This document shows positions 1-11,473 of a DNA stretch of 64,000 nucleotides, piece after piece. The notes beneath the pieces are model-generated. The model was not told the origin of the DNA. It saw only the letters and a list, made by a program, of their open reading frames with translations, and did not search any database. The translations under genes and the position numbers were made by a program. The stretch covers positions 38,257 to 102,256 of the forward strand of contig JAUCBJ010002101.1 of the NCBI GenBank assembly GCA_032718475.1. Reading direction: 5' to 3'. The stretch is from Nemertoderma westbladi. Its lineage: Eukaryota > Animalia > Xenacoelomorpha. The stretch's first letter is position 1, and each line of letters begins with the position of its first letter.

Positions 1-728
1 TTGTGAAAAATGCAATTCATCTTATTTGTTACATGTATAATTCCGGTATACCAACTCGCTCAACTCCCAACTGTACTTAGTATTACAATTACAAAGTAGT
101 TCACTCGAATCAAATAATCCAAATATTAATGCAGTTTTTTTATTATTATTATTAATTATTTATTTTCAAATATTTTTAGTTCTTGAAAAATTTGATGCTT
201 TTGAATGAATAATTTTTTATACCAGCTATAAAAATAAAAAGAATGTAAAAAAATATAAAAATTAAGTTTTTATACCAATGAGGTTCAGATTATGTAGATT
301 GTCATTGTTATTAATTAACAAACGACAGAGGTTAAAAAAGTTTAACTTTCTGAACCTCAGACAAATTTTCAAGAACTGTAAAAATTGAAATAATTAGAAA
401 CAATATTATTTTTTTATTAATGAAAGTATGAATTAATTTGTAATAGTTTTATTAATAGGCTATACTAGTAGTGCAACAAGCTCCCGAAAATAACACTTTA
501 ATTAAAAAGCATAACAATCTAACATAACAATCAAATATATACTGGTACTGACTGGTATTTCAAATCAATATTTAGCAAATTTGGAAATATAGAATACATA
601 GAAGTTAGTTAGTACCCTGTATATAAATTCCTGCATGGCGTATATAATATATATATAGTCTATACTCTATAACGCTTCGATGTTAGTATATAATATGTAT
701 TGACATAATGTTAGCTATAATAAAATTG

Positions 729-1761
729 TTAATTAGTCGGTGAAGACGTAAAATATGAATTATGATGGACATTGGTATAATAAAGATATATTGATGGGGG
801 GTATTCCTCATCGTGTTTCTCGCGTTGCCGAGTCTTGCGGACTCGGCAATGCTTTCCATTGGCAACATCACTGCCAAGCTGGTTGACAGCGTTAATGACA
901 GAACGTATAATGTCGACATCGATATCTTTATCAAGATTAAATCGATTCACAACAGCATCCAAAAAGATATCTGACTTCGTGGCATCTAAAGGAATACGTT
1001 TCGTAGAATTGATCCTAATTGGAAACAAGATTCCTTCACCCAGCTCCTTGTCAGTCCAAAGCACACGGGCAATAAGATTACCATATCTTGTAGGATTTAA
1101 ATTTCTGCTCCCTAAGCTCACCAGATTTCGTCCTTTGAAGTTGACAGGAGGCTGTGTGAGTGGATTTGGAGATCAGAATGCATCATTACCGCTACCCGAA
1201 GTTGATGATGTATAGTCAGAACTTTTCAGAAGCTTGCAGACATTACGGTTTAGTTCACTCGAACGTTTATTTTGTTTAGTCTGCAACTTAACAAGTGTAT
1301 TCATAGCCTTGGTATTTTTATTTAAAGCTTTAACGATTGGTCTGGTTAGCATAGTGATGTTGTCACTGCCAATATTCCCAATGTCATAACTTTCATCGTC
1401 ATCTTCAATCATCGGTGGTGAATTGACAATGGCAACCACATTTCCTGTAACACTGAATGAATCATTATCAACAATCTGACTCTCCTCTTCTTCTCTAATA
1501 GGATTCAAAAAATCAGTATGATTGATTCGTTGGGAATCTTCAATAATAGAAACATTGCGATTGTGAGCCTCATCTAGAAAGCCGAAACTACTATTAGCAC
1601 TAAGCGATCGATTGTTAGCCTCAAGTTGTAGACGTCGTTCTTTTATTCGAATGTCCTCTTCAGAGCTGGAATGGCCAAGGTAAACTGCTTTAACAAACCC
1701 AGAAGGACTCTCTTTGTTCTTTAAATTGAATGTCTAGTCATCGAACTGTATCTCTTTTCCT
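729..1761 (-). pseudogene. BEN-domain protein exon, disrupted (probable DNA-transposon accessory gene)
   Basis: ORFs 1173..1508 and 729..1121 share one frame, separated only by TGA at 1173-1175. The frame stays open up to a stop near 1735 and a tttttccAG acceptor at ~1762. The C-terminal part (PTRYGNLIARVLWTDKELGEGILFP...KRIPLD...IRSVINAVNQLG) has the BEN-domain pattern, preceded by an acidic segment and a coiled-coil-like segment. Confidence 0.6.
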
Positions 1762-2170
1762 CTGGAAAAAATAATAAGATGTAAAGGGGTCCGATGCTAG
1801 GGGTGTCCCACTTGGGAGGTACAGGCGCTCGTCGAGGTCTAGAAAGTGAAATTGGGAGGGGAGCTCTCGAGCTGAGACCAACATCTGAGGATGAGAGCGC
1901 CGTAGATATTATTGGTAATCCATCAGCAACCACAAGAGCATTGGAATAATTCATATCCATGGAACCTAATCGCCAATCCAAAGGGCATTGACAATGTCAA
2001 ATTATCTAGGAGTAGGGCCACCTCTAGCTGTCTCTAGGCCTATCAGTGTACTGCTATTATTGATAATAAGTCTAAAAGGTAGGCTATGTATGCTAAGTGG
2101 GTAAACTTTTCACTTTCACCTTCTGGTTACCGGTAAGACATTTTTAAACCTCTGTAGTGTGTATTTGTAG

Positions 2171-2573
2171 TAGTAAATGACCGGTTAACCGGGCCGGGTT
2201 GGGGTGACCCGGACTCAGACCCAGCAAAAAAGATGCTGGGTACCTGGTTTTATTAAAATTAAGCAATTTGCGTGAATGAGAATGACAAGCCTGTTTGACA
2301 TACCTATATATGTAGGTACCAGTACACAAAGTTGCCTAAAGCAGTAGTAGTAGTAGTAAAGTAGTAGTAGCATCTTCTTAGATTTTATTCATTTCCGATT
2401 TTCGATTTTTTTTTCAATTTTTTTTCTTTTGATTTATCATTTTTTTTAGATTTTATTTTATTTGTATCATTTTTGATATCACAAGTGTTGACCCGGACCC
2501 GGACCCTGCGTTTTTGAGACAGACCTGGACCCGGAACCGGACCCAGCAAAATGTTCGACCCGGTCGTTTACTA
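2171..2573. mobile_element. hAT-type MITE
   Basis: 14-bp TIR tagtaaatgaccgg (2171) / ccggtcgtttacta (ends 2573) with 1 mismatch. Flanked by an 8-bp TSD atttgtag / atctgtag (1 mismatch). Subterminal (gacccg)n motifs at both ends; no ORF. Confidence 0.8.
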
Positions 2574-4955
2574 ATCTGTAGCCTAATTTACCTTAAATTT
2601 ACCTTTATATCTTAAATTAAAGATAATGTGCTATATTTTCAGAATCTAAAAACATATTTTGAACATCTAGTCAACTTAAAAACTTAATGGCATGGCAAAT
2701 TGCCTAATTTTAATAAAGTTTTTAGTTTTGAATTTCATAAATGTTATACCACATTTTAGGGTTGCCTTGTATTCCTGAGCAATAAATATTTTGATATTAA
2801 ATGAATTTTTATATGGTTCTATCTCTTGTTTTATAATTTAGATATTATAATTTCAATAATAGCCATGACTAATTCAATTTTCACACCTCAAATGTGGTCT
2901 CACTATGTCACGCTGTGACTTGTCACAGTGACTTTTTATACACCTTTTTTAAAATAATTTGAGAACAAATCATAATCATTATTTTTTCTTTCTAATACTA
3001 GTACTTTCGGGTACTAGTACTGTAGTAGCCAACAGTCAGAGAGAACATCAGTGTGCCTATGCTATATTGTACTGATGTAGGCCTACTGTCAGACTGTTGT
3101 AGTAGTATTACTGTATTGTGTATTAGCCTATTACAGTAGGCCTATTACTATAGCACATCAACCAGCTTATATATCAAGGTATCTCAAGATCTCATTTGTG
3201 ATTGGTTACTGCTATGTGATGATTCATGAATGTGATGCAACAATATAGTTTTGTCAAATTTAGCAAAGAAAATAACAAATGTACTTATAACCTAAAACTT
3301 GAGATATTTGTTAAATTATCTAGTAATGTTCTTGACAAATTTACTTATTATACATCATTTTATTAAACTTAATAGGAGTGTAATTAAAACTAGTAAGCAT
3401 TGGTAAATCTGTTAAGACAACATTGAGGAACCAAGTAATTTGTATGTACTGGTAATTTAAGAAAGTTTTATGAACCGGGTTATACTAGCAGCAGCCTAAA
3501 TACTGTATTATTTTGACCTAATTAGCAATTAATAAGCAAAACTAAGAAATGGAAATCAATCAAGGGAAACAGCGCCTATCTAAGCATTCACATTAAGAAT
3601 CAGGCACACTTTAACAACACAACACAAATAGCGTAGCAATAAGTTAGTAGTACAGCAGATAGCGCTAACTACACCAATCAGCTAGTGCACTAAATACCCA
3701 TACGTTAGTACATCAGTATACCAGTATTAGTCATCCAATCAGTCAGTCAGTCAATGTATGAACCACAGGCCACCCAAAGCCACACATAGGACTCCTAACT
3801 AAACCCAAATTCTGCCCCCTAATACTACAAAGTAGAGACGAAAATCTGGATCGTCAGCCCCCTAATACTGTAACAGCGGCTGGTCCCCGGTCCTCAACTG
3901 ACTAGCCCCGACCGCAACGGTGGCCCCCCCGCCAGCGTCACCCCGCTTTGGATCCTCTGCACTCCCTTCCGTCGCTTCCCCTCCGTGCGCCCACCGCGCC
4001 TACCGGTGCTTTAGCCCTCCATGTTAGAACAATTAGCTACCGTATCGGCGCATGTATTCGCAAAACATTCTGACAGTCTAAAGAAATCCCGTAGGATTAT
4101 CGCATCTCAATCACATAGAATTCAGTAATTAAAAGTGGAAATCATAGTTCGAGATTGTAATTAGCAGTAATCATGGTCAAATATGCGTAATTTAAGAAAA
4201 AACAGCAAAGAATTTAAATCAGAAATTACACAGAAGCAGAATAAGGAATTACACAGAATAATTGCGAAAAATAATATATAACAAGGGTACAATAAAATAT
4301 TGCAGGTACACATACCGGAAACACAGCCAATTTATAGATGATGAAATAGGGATGACGCAATAATCGTCCCATTGGCCCAGCAACCCACGCCACCATTAGA
4401 CCAACCTGGAACAGCTGGGCCAATAAGGAAGCCGGATTGTGATCCTCGGGGGCTTCCAAATCGCAAATTAATACCATATATGGTAATGGACTGCCTCCTG
4501 GGTTGCTGGCCCTAACATTAATTTCACGATTATTAAAGTACATTAAGCACAATATGATATAAAGCCAATTTGAAGACAAATATTACGAAAATTAATGCAA
4601 ATTCACAATTAATCCGATTAATACCAATAAACAGCAAGCTCATATCAAGGTTTTATAGGAAACTTGCTACCGTAAATATGATTTATTTATGTTTTATTAC
4701 AAAATTACGTAAGTAAGGCTACATACTATACAAAATGGATAAAATCTATAAACTCGGATATTTTATTTTCCCTTTCTAATTACGGCTGTACGTCATTATG
4801 GCTTATCTAAATATTCTATACTGTATAATGGGCTGATAATAGTACACAGCGCCATATATCGTAACAGATGCATTATATATTTTTCTATAAACCTGCGAAA
4901 ATTTGGAAAGTTTTGATAAAATTACCATTGCCTTTTTTAGTGTATCATAAACTGT

Positions 4956-5020
4956 TGGGCATATAATGCCCAACCCCAGGTGGAATCTCGGACAAAAGAG
5001 CCCAGGTGGAATAGGGTTAA
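4956..5020. mobile_element. piggyBac-type terminus (orphan right end)
   Basis: Ends ...aatagggTTAA, with a repeated cccaggtggaat and the internal palindrome tgggcatataatgccca. Same architecture as the TTAA-ccctatt terminus at 26925. Confidence 0.5.
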
Positions 5021-6246
5021 ATATGTTGCCAAATAACAATGAATAACAGTATAAAACAATATAAAATACGCGGTGCTGGCAGTTAATCAACAGTCAGACG
5101 TTTGCCGTAAGTGCAGAGTTCAATGCAAAGTGCAGTAAAGAGATGCAGAGAGATAATATATTGTGTTTGATAACCCTCTGGCAATCTGGCCACGGATGGT
5201 CTCGGGTAGAAGTCAGAATGAATGATTTTGTCGCACTGCGGCATATTCATACTGTATGTGAACAAGGCCTCAAGAAATCATAAAGAGAAAATTGTGCTGA
5301 TTGGTGGGGAATTAACACAGAGGCTGTGGGACAAATAAAAAACACTGGCCAATGGCTGGTGATTTCGCCACTATAGCTCAGCACCAAAATAAACACTAGA
5401 GGGCGTAAGTTTTATAAGTTTGAGATACTGCTACTTTTAGAGTAGTTCGTGCATTGCACAAAAATGACACATTTTTGCTGCAAAAGTTATAACAACTAAC
5501 CTCCAACGAAGCCGACGTAAACCTTGACGAGTCATGGCAGTTGGTGCAGCTCGTTCATATTAAAAAGGCTCCAACAACCACCACGGGGGTTAGCGTTGTC
5601 CGACTCACACCATTTGATACATCCACCGTGGGCCAACTCATATATACTCAATGTCTATCACAAACAAAATAAAAACAATTTTAAGTTAGGCAAATTACAT
5701 TTTCAACTTATTTTTTTTAGGTACCAAAAAAAATTAGGGGTTAGGGTAAAAAAAATAAGCGGCAAATTTGAATTTCATTCATATATCAGTCAATCAGTAC
5801 AGCAGTACAAGGATAATACTGAAGTATTCACTCATTCTGGCAGAGCCTGATAGACATTCAATAAACAGTACTGTATCTAACTAAGGCAGTAAGGGGCAAT
5901 GGACAGAAATCAGTATCAGCCAGTCAGTGATCTTCAGTGGTATATAACTTGGTCAGTTGGTACCGTAAGTAGATGGTCGAACCTTGGGTACTTCACTGTT
6001 TTCCAGGGCTTCGGTCATGTAACAATTGTATAATTTTATTGAAGGATATACATTTCAAGAACAAGGAGACATTCATATATTAGTATTAAATTGAATAATT
6101 ATGATAGAAAATAATTAAAAATTAAATTAAAAAATGAAAAAAATTTATTTAAAATTTTATAAATTTAAAATTTATTTTTCTGAACTATATCGTATATATT
6201 ATTATATTCCATGGTCTATTTATGGTACCAGTATAATCTATATGAC

Positions 6247-6552
6247 CTACTTATGATAATCTGCAAAGCATTTTTTATCATGGCAGAGCCCTGGATTCCC
6301 AATGCACTGTTTGCACTCATACCGAGTTTCTACATTTCTTTTGTCTCCCACTTCCTTCAATTTTGGACAGTACATGTGTAGTGGCATGTCCACTAGAACA
6401 TTATCGACCGGGGTTTGTTGATTCAATGCAGCTATTTGAAAGTCTCCAAACGGAATTTTTGTATGTGTATCTTGCTTGAATCTAACATATCCATTCAATA
6501 AAAGACGTTGAGTAAAATGGATGCCAAGCTTCTTAAACCATGCTAAACTTAC
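6247..6552 (-). pseudogene. piggyBac transposase C-terminal fragment (cysteine-rich domain)
   Basis: The frame reads WFKKLGIHFTQRLLLNGY...YCPK...ETRYECKQCIGNPGLCHDKKCFADYHK, matching the piggyBac KWxKK motif and the terminal C-x2-C...LC...CF..YH domain. Confidence 0.8.
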
Positions 6553-6600
6553 TTACGAACAAGAACAAGCCTCACTCTCCGATAAACTCACCAGGCATGC

Positions 6601-7260
6601 ATATCATCCGATCGGATAAGCATAAGCTCAAAAGATGGTATGCTTGAGCATGTGGATGACTTCTGTTACCTGGGATCATGGATCCGGAAGTCAGGTGAGG
6701 ACCTTCGAATACGTAAGGGAAAGGCATGGGCAGCCTTGAATAGGCTTACGAGGATTTGGAAGTCAACGAGAATTAAACGGAAACTTAAGGTCCGATTATT
6801 TAGAGCAGCAGTGGTTCCATTACTCCTCTTCGGGAGTCCATGCTGGGCTCTAACTGCTAAGGAAACCAAATCTCTGGATGGCACATTCACAAGAATGCTA
6901 CGCCGGGTTCATTGTGTCAAGTACAATGCACACATCTCCAACCAGACACTATATAACATTGGAGATGTCCCCAAGCTTGGCATTAGGACAAAATCGCCTC
7001 CGCTTTGCAGGACATTGCTTTCGCCGTGAGGACCAGTCAGTGCATAATCTTATACTTTGGCAGCCTCATGGAGTGAATAAGCATGGTGGACAGCCCATGA
7101 CTTTCTTGAGACGCATCTTAAAGGACACTGGTCTTGAAGATGCGGATGATCTAGCAAATGTCATGGGTGATAGGGAGTTGTGGCGGTGCAATTTTGTCGA
7201 TAAGCCGGCACAGCATTCTTAAATATGCAGCTGCAATGCAGCATGCCGATCCTAGTAGTA
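6601..7260 (+). mobile_element. RTE-clade LINE, 5'-truncated 3' end
   Basis: LEHVDDFCYLGSWI, KLKVRLFRAAV and RLRFAGHCFR are late RT/thumb motifs of RTE. Frameshift near 6975. The 3' UTR ends in a (tag)n tail at ~7253-7260. Near-identical to 18855-19460. Confidence 0.85.
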
Positions 7261-7269
7261 CACTGATGC

Positions 7270-8450
7270 CTATGGAGCTCGCAAAATAGACACCATTGCA
7301 GATCAATCTGATAATTCCCCAGATGAATTTGGAAGATATAGGGATGACATTTTAGTTTTATATTTACATGATATAGATTTAAAATTAAAACGATTAGTTG
7401 AGGATTTAAATGATCAAGTAAAGCCAGGACAAATTAAATCCATTACTGAACAGATGGGGAGAGAAGTTAATTTTTTGGAGCTCGAAATTTTCATTGACGC
7501 CAATGGAACCATTCAAACTGATATTTTTTTCAATTCTGTGTAGCTTTAAGGCTACAGGGGTAGCAGGGGTGTTGCCTTGATGATGTTTGCAAACAGTTCG
7601 CAACGGCAGCGGTTCTATCACATAAAGAGTGTCGAAAGGCGAGAATAAAGGCACATATAGATAATAAAGTTATTTATTATATAGCTAATCACGTACCAAC
7701 ACTTCCAGATTTTTACATTTGCTAATAAAAAAGTCAAAACATATTCTAAAAAATGACATTTTAACAGAAGAGTTTTCAAATGGTTTTAAATTTAATGTAG
7801 TCCACAGACGCGCACCAACTTTACAGAGACTACTAGCACCTTCCACATACAGATAACCTTTGAACACACTATGAACAGGACTTAACAGTTTAGCAGATGG
7901 GGGCGCATTTCCTTGCAACAACTGCGTTTATTGTGACAAAATTGAACCAATGGAATTTGTTTCTTCAAAATCGGTGGACCAGCGGAGAAGAATCCCTATA
8001 ACAGAAAATTTGAACTGCAAGAGTACTAATGTAATTTACCTTGTATCATGTTCTAGATGTAATAAACAAGCGGTGGGTTCTGCAATTAATTTTAAAGCTA
8101 GAATTGCTAATTATAAAACACAGATTACAAACAAAAAGAAGCAGACATGTAAGGTTGATCAACATTTTAAAAGCAACGGACATTCATGGGAAGATTTTCA
8201 TATAACACTGATAGATAGTATTAAGGGATACAAGGGAAAAGAACTCAAAATCCAAATGAGAAAGATTGAGGGTTACTACCAGTGCACACTGCAGACCTTA
8301 GAACCATACGGAATAAACACTATTAATGAAGCAACCGCAAATTTACATGGTTACACAGGTTTTCTTCAAGAAGATTATAACTTTATATTTTTGTTGTTAC
8401 CTAGGGTATTTATACAGTATTTCAATTATTTATTTGTTCTAGAAAATTAA
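7270..8450 (+). mobile_element. Penelope-like element remnant: degraded RT plus GIY-YIG endonuclease
   Basis: RYRDDILV at ~7334 and EVNFLELEIF...GTIQTDI at ~7462 are RT/thumb relics. ORF 7950..8450 has NCKSTNVIYLVSCSRCNKQAVG...HF...EGYYQCTLQTLEPYGIN, the PLE GIY-YIG layout. Confidence 0.85.
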
Positions 8451-8959
8451 TTTGAATTTAAGAATAATACATGAATAAGAGTCACGCTGACTCGATATAT
8501 CGTATACATTTTATTTTTATTGCTTGATATTGGTCTGTGAAAGCGAAAAGGTACCTTAAGGTGAAAATGTCGTTTTGAGAAAATCGCACTTAAAGAAAAA
8601 TTAAATTTTCAAGTCAAAATTTTCAATTTTTTTATTTTCAATGTGATATATGCAGTTTTTAATGAGGAATCCAAATCTGTTAACGGTATGTTAACAGCTA
8701 GCTTAGTTTTGGAGATATTCAGCTTTGATTGAGGGTAGTCAGAAGTTTTGAAATTTAAATCTCATTCCCGATAGATATTATGTTGTTCTATGTATATTTA
8801 CTTTTATAAATTAATTTATATGCCTTATTATTCCAATAGAAAACTATCTTCCAGTTATTTTCAATATGTTTGTTTGTCAATCGGTCTGTCTGTCCGTCTG
8901 TTTGTCTGTCAAGTGATGTCAGTCATTTTATAAATTTTTTAGATCTTGGCTCAAAAATT

Positions 8960-9830
8960 ATAATTTTTATGGTATAAGGGTTTTCGAGGTCGTTGAACAC
9001 TATAAAACATCTTAAAAATATTTTCTGGTAATACAACCATCATTTTTGGTGCTATTTTGGTCCCCCAGGACGAAAAATACAAGTAAAAAATGTCAAATTA
9101 AAAAAACTTTGTATTTTGTTTGATAATTCTGAATGTATGCGGGTTTTTGAGGTCGCTGATCACGATAAAACTTGTTAAAAATATTTTTTGGCAATGTAAC
9201 CATCATTTTTGGTGCTATTTTGGACCCCCAGGACAAAAAATACAAGTAAAAAATGTCAAATTAAAAAATTTTGTATTTCGTTTGATAATTCTGAATGTAT
9301 GCGGGTTTTTGAGGTCGCTGATCACGATAAAACTTGTTAAAAATATTTTTTGGCAATGTAACCATCATTTTTGGTGCTATTTTGGACCCCCAGGACAAAA
9401 AATACAAGTAAAAAATGTCAAATTAAAAAATTTTGTATTTCGTTTGATAATTCTGAATGTATGCGGGTTTTTGAGGTCGCTGATCACGATAAAACTTGTT
9501 AAAAATATTTTCTGGTAATACAACCATCATTTTTGGTGCTATTTTGGTCCCCCAGGACGAAAAATACAAGTAAATAATGTCAAATTAAAAAATGTTCTGT
9601 TTCGATTGATAATTCTGAACGTATATGGGTTTATGAGGTCGCTGATCACGATGAAACTAGTTATAAATATTTCTGGTAAATTCAAACCCAATTGTGGTGC
9701 TATTCTGATGCCCCAGAACGGAAAGTACACTAGCACAAAAATTATAAAAAAAGTTAAATTTTGCCTTTGGTTTGGTAATTCTGAAGCTATACTGGTTTTC
9801 AAGGTTGCTGATAACGATACAACTCATTAA
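8960..9830. repeat. 162-bp tandem repeat (~5 copies) in the Sola subterminal region
   Basis: tgataattctgaa recurs at 9121, 9283, 9445 and 9607; the outer copies are degenerate. Confidence 0.9.
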
Positions 9831-10224
9831 AAATCATCAAAAACAACTATAATTTTTGGAGCTTGTCAGCTCTTGACGAAAAAAACAAGTTGCAAAAAAT
9901 TTATAACTCCAAAAATCCAATTTGGTTGGATAATACAATATTTTTGAGTGTCATATTCGTGATCAGCATCCCAGAAAAAGAGTGATGTGGTGTGAATGTC
10001 TGTCTGTCTCTTTGTCTGCCTCTCTTGTCGGTGAAAAATTTGAAACTTGCCATTTTCAAATTTAAACTTTTAATTTAAATTGTTATTTAAGTTTGACTCT
10101 TGAAATTAATGAACATGAAATAAATGAGTCTGATATGTCTGATATGTCTGATAAATGAACCAATAAGTCTGAAGGTCTACAATTTGCGCTTTTTAAGTTT
10201 CTTAGATCCTGTAGTGCTCGTTAG

Positions 10225-11460
10225 TTATGGAGTACTCACTGCAATGGGCCACTTCGCTATTCGTTTCCGAACCTTTGTCTCAGCCTGCGATTCAGTCTTA
10301 TTTGCTGCTATCGGTCTAGGCACTTGTGGCAATGACGCTACCTGATCTGGATTTCTTATACAGTACTTACGAATGTTGTCGTATAGGTACCACTGTCTTG
10401 TGGCACTTAAATCTGACAAAGGAAGACTATTTGGCATATCTATGGACGAAGTGACTGGTCTTCCTGTGCGCTTCTTATAAATATCAACTTTAGATGATGT
10501 CAAGAATGAGCAACTGGGAAAACATTCCACTATTCCATCCGCACAGTCGGAGCCCAGTTTGAAATGCTGGTAATTCGTAATGTGTGGCACATCACGGTAA
10601 AACCTATCTAGGAATGTATCCCAGTCGTAGAATAGATAACTATCATCAACAACAAATGGAAAACTTCCTGTGGCCGACTCTTGAACAACATCAGCCATCT
10701 CGACCATCGTTGAAACTGTTGCCTTTCTAAACTTTGACTTAAAAAGTCCAAAAAATTGATCCGGCCGAAACTTTGTATGACCCTCAAGCATAAAATGGTA
10801 ATGAATATTCTTATCCAGTCCAGTATCTATTCGCCACTGTAAGTATTGCACAAAACTGTTATTTTTGTTTTGACCAACAGTATTATCTGCATGGAAATGC
10901 CAGGTAATCGGACGTATTGTTATAGAGTTCAGGTAGTGATGAAGAAGGCAGATTATAAAGTTAGCCCCCTTTCCATAACTGGTTGTATATTTCTCATCTA
11001 TTAAATATAATCTGGCTATACGTTGACCTTCACTCACAATACCAAATATCCCACACTTACGCGCAGTTTTAAAAAACATAGGTCCAGGTTGTTGAGCTAG
11101 CGAAGGGTAGTGTACCTGTTGGGCCATATCCCAGCTAAGATGCATCGTTTCAGGTTTGTAGGTTAAATCTACTTTCATTTTGTTTGCTTCTATTTCTGAA
11201 TCAGCACATAACTGACGATAGAGATGACGCTCCATTTTCGCCGAATTTATATGTTTTAGTGCAATCTCATATCGTTCAGTTTTCAGCTGATCATCAGTAG
11301 TGTTCATTAGGGCCTGAGTATTATCAGCACATGTATCACATAAATCTGTATCCGGAGTCATCATACGGTAATATGGTCTAAGTTCATTCCACAATCTATA
11401 AAATACACGGCGCGTTATTGGTTTGGTCTTAGCAATATGGCAGGATTTCACATACAACAA
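10225..11460 (-). CDS. Third transposase catalytic core plus the unique C-terminus (continuation past the frameshift)
   Basis: Same motifs as above, followed by the unique YDWDTFL...RQWYLYDNIRKYC C-terminus. Confidence 0.8.
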   Translation of the reverse strand: MLYVKSCHIAKTKPITRRVFYRLWNELRPYYRMMTPDTDLCDTCADNTQALMNTTDDQLKTERYEIALKHINSAKMERHLYRQLCADSEIEANKMKVDLTYKPETMHLSWDMAQQVHYPSLAQQPGPMFFKTARKCGIFGIVSEGQRIARLYLIDEKYTTSYGKGANFIICLLHHYLNSITIRPITWHFHADNTVGQNKNNSFVQYLQWRIDTGLDKNIHYHFMLEGHTKFRPDQFFGLFKSKFRKATVSTMVEMADVVQESATGSFPFVVDDSYLFYDWDTFLDRFYRDVPHITNYQHFKLGSDCADGIVECFPSCSFLTSSKVDIYKKRTGRPVTSSIDMPNSLPLSDLSATRQWYLYDNIRKYCIRNPDQVASLPQVPRPIAANKTESQAETKVRKRIAKWPIAVSTP

Positions 11461-11473
11461 ATGAATCCCCTTT

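Noticed and set aside
8520-8550. Hammerhead in the Penelope 3' region (cttgatattggtc...gcgaaa)
   Set aside because: No stem II can be formed and the segment overlaps the Sola TIR. It does leave the outermost Sola boundary slightly uncertain.
9120-9518. Repetitive 132-aa ORF (likewise ORFs at 21739-22145, 31682-32068 and 62338-62599)
   Set aside because: These are by-products of tandem repeats, with no protein-like features.
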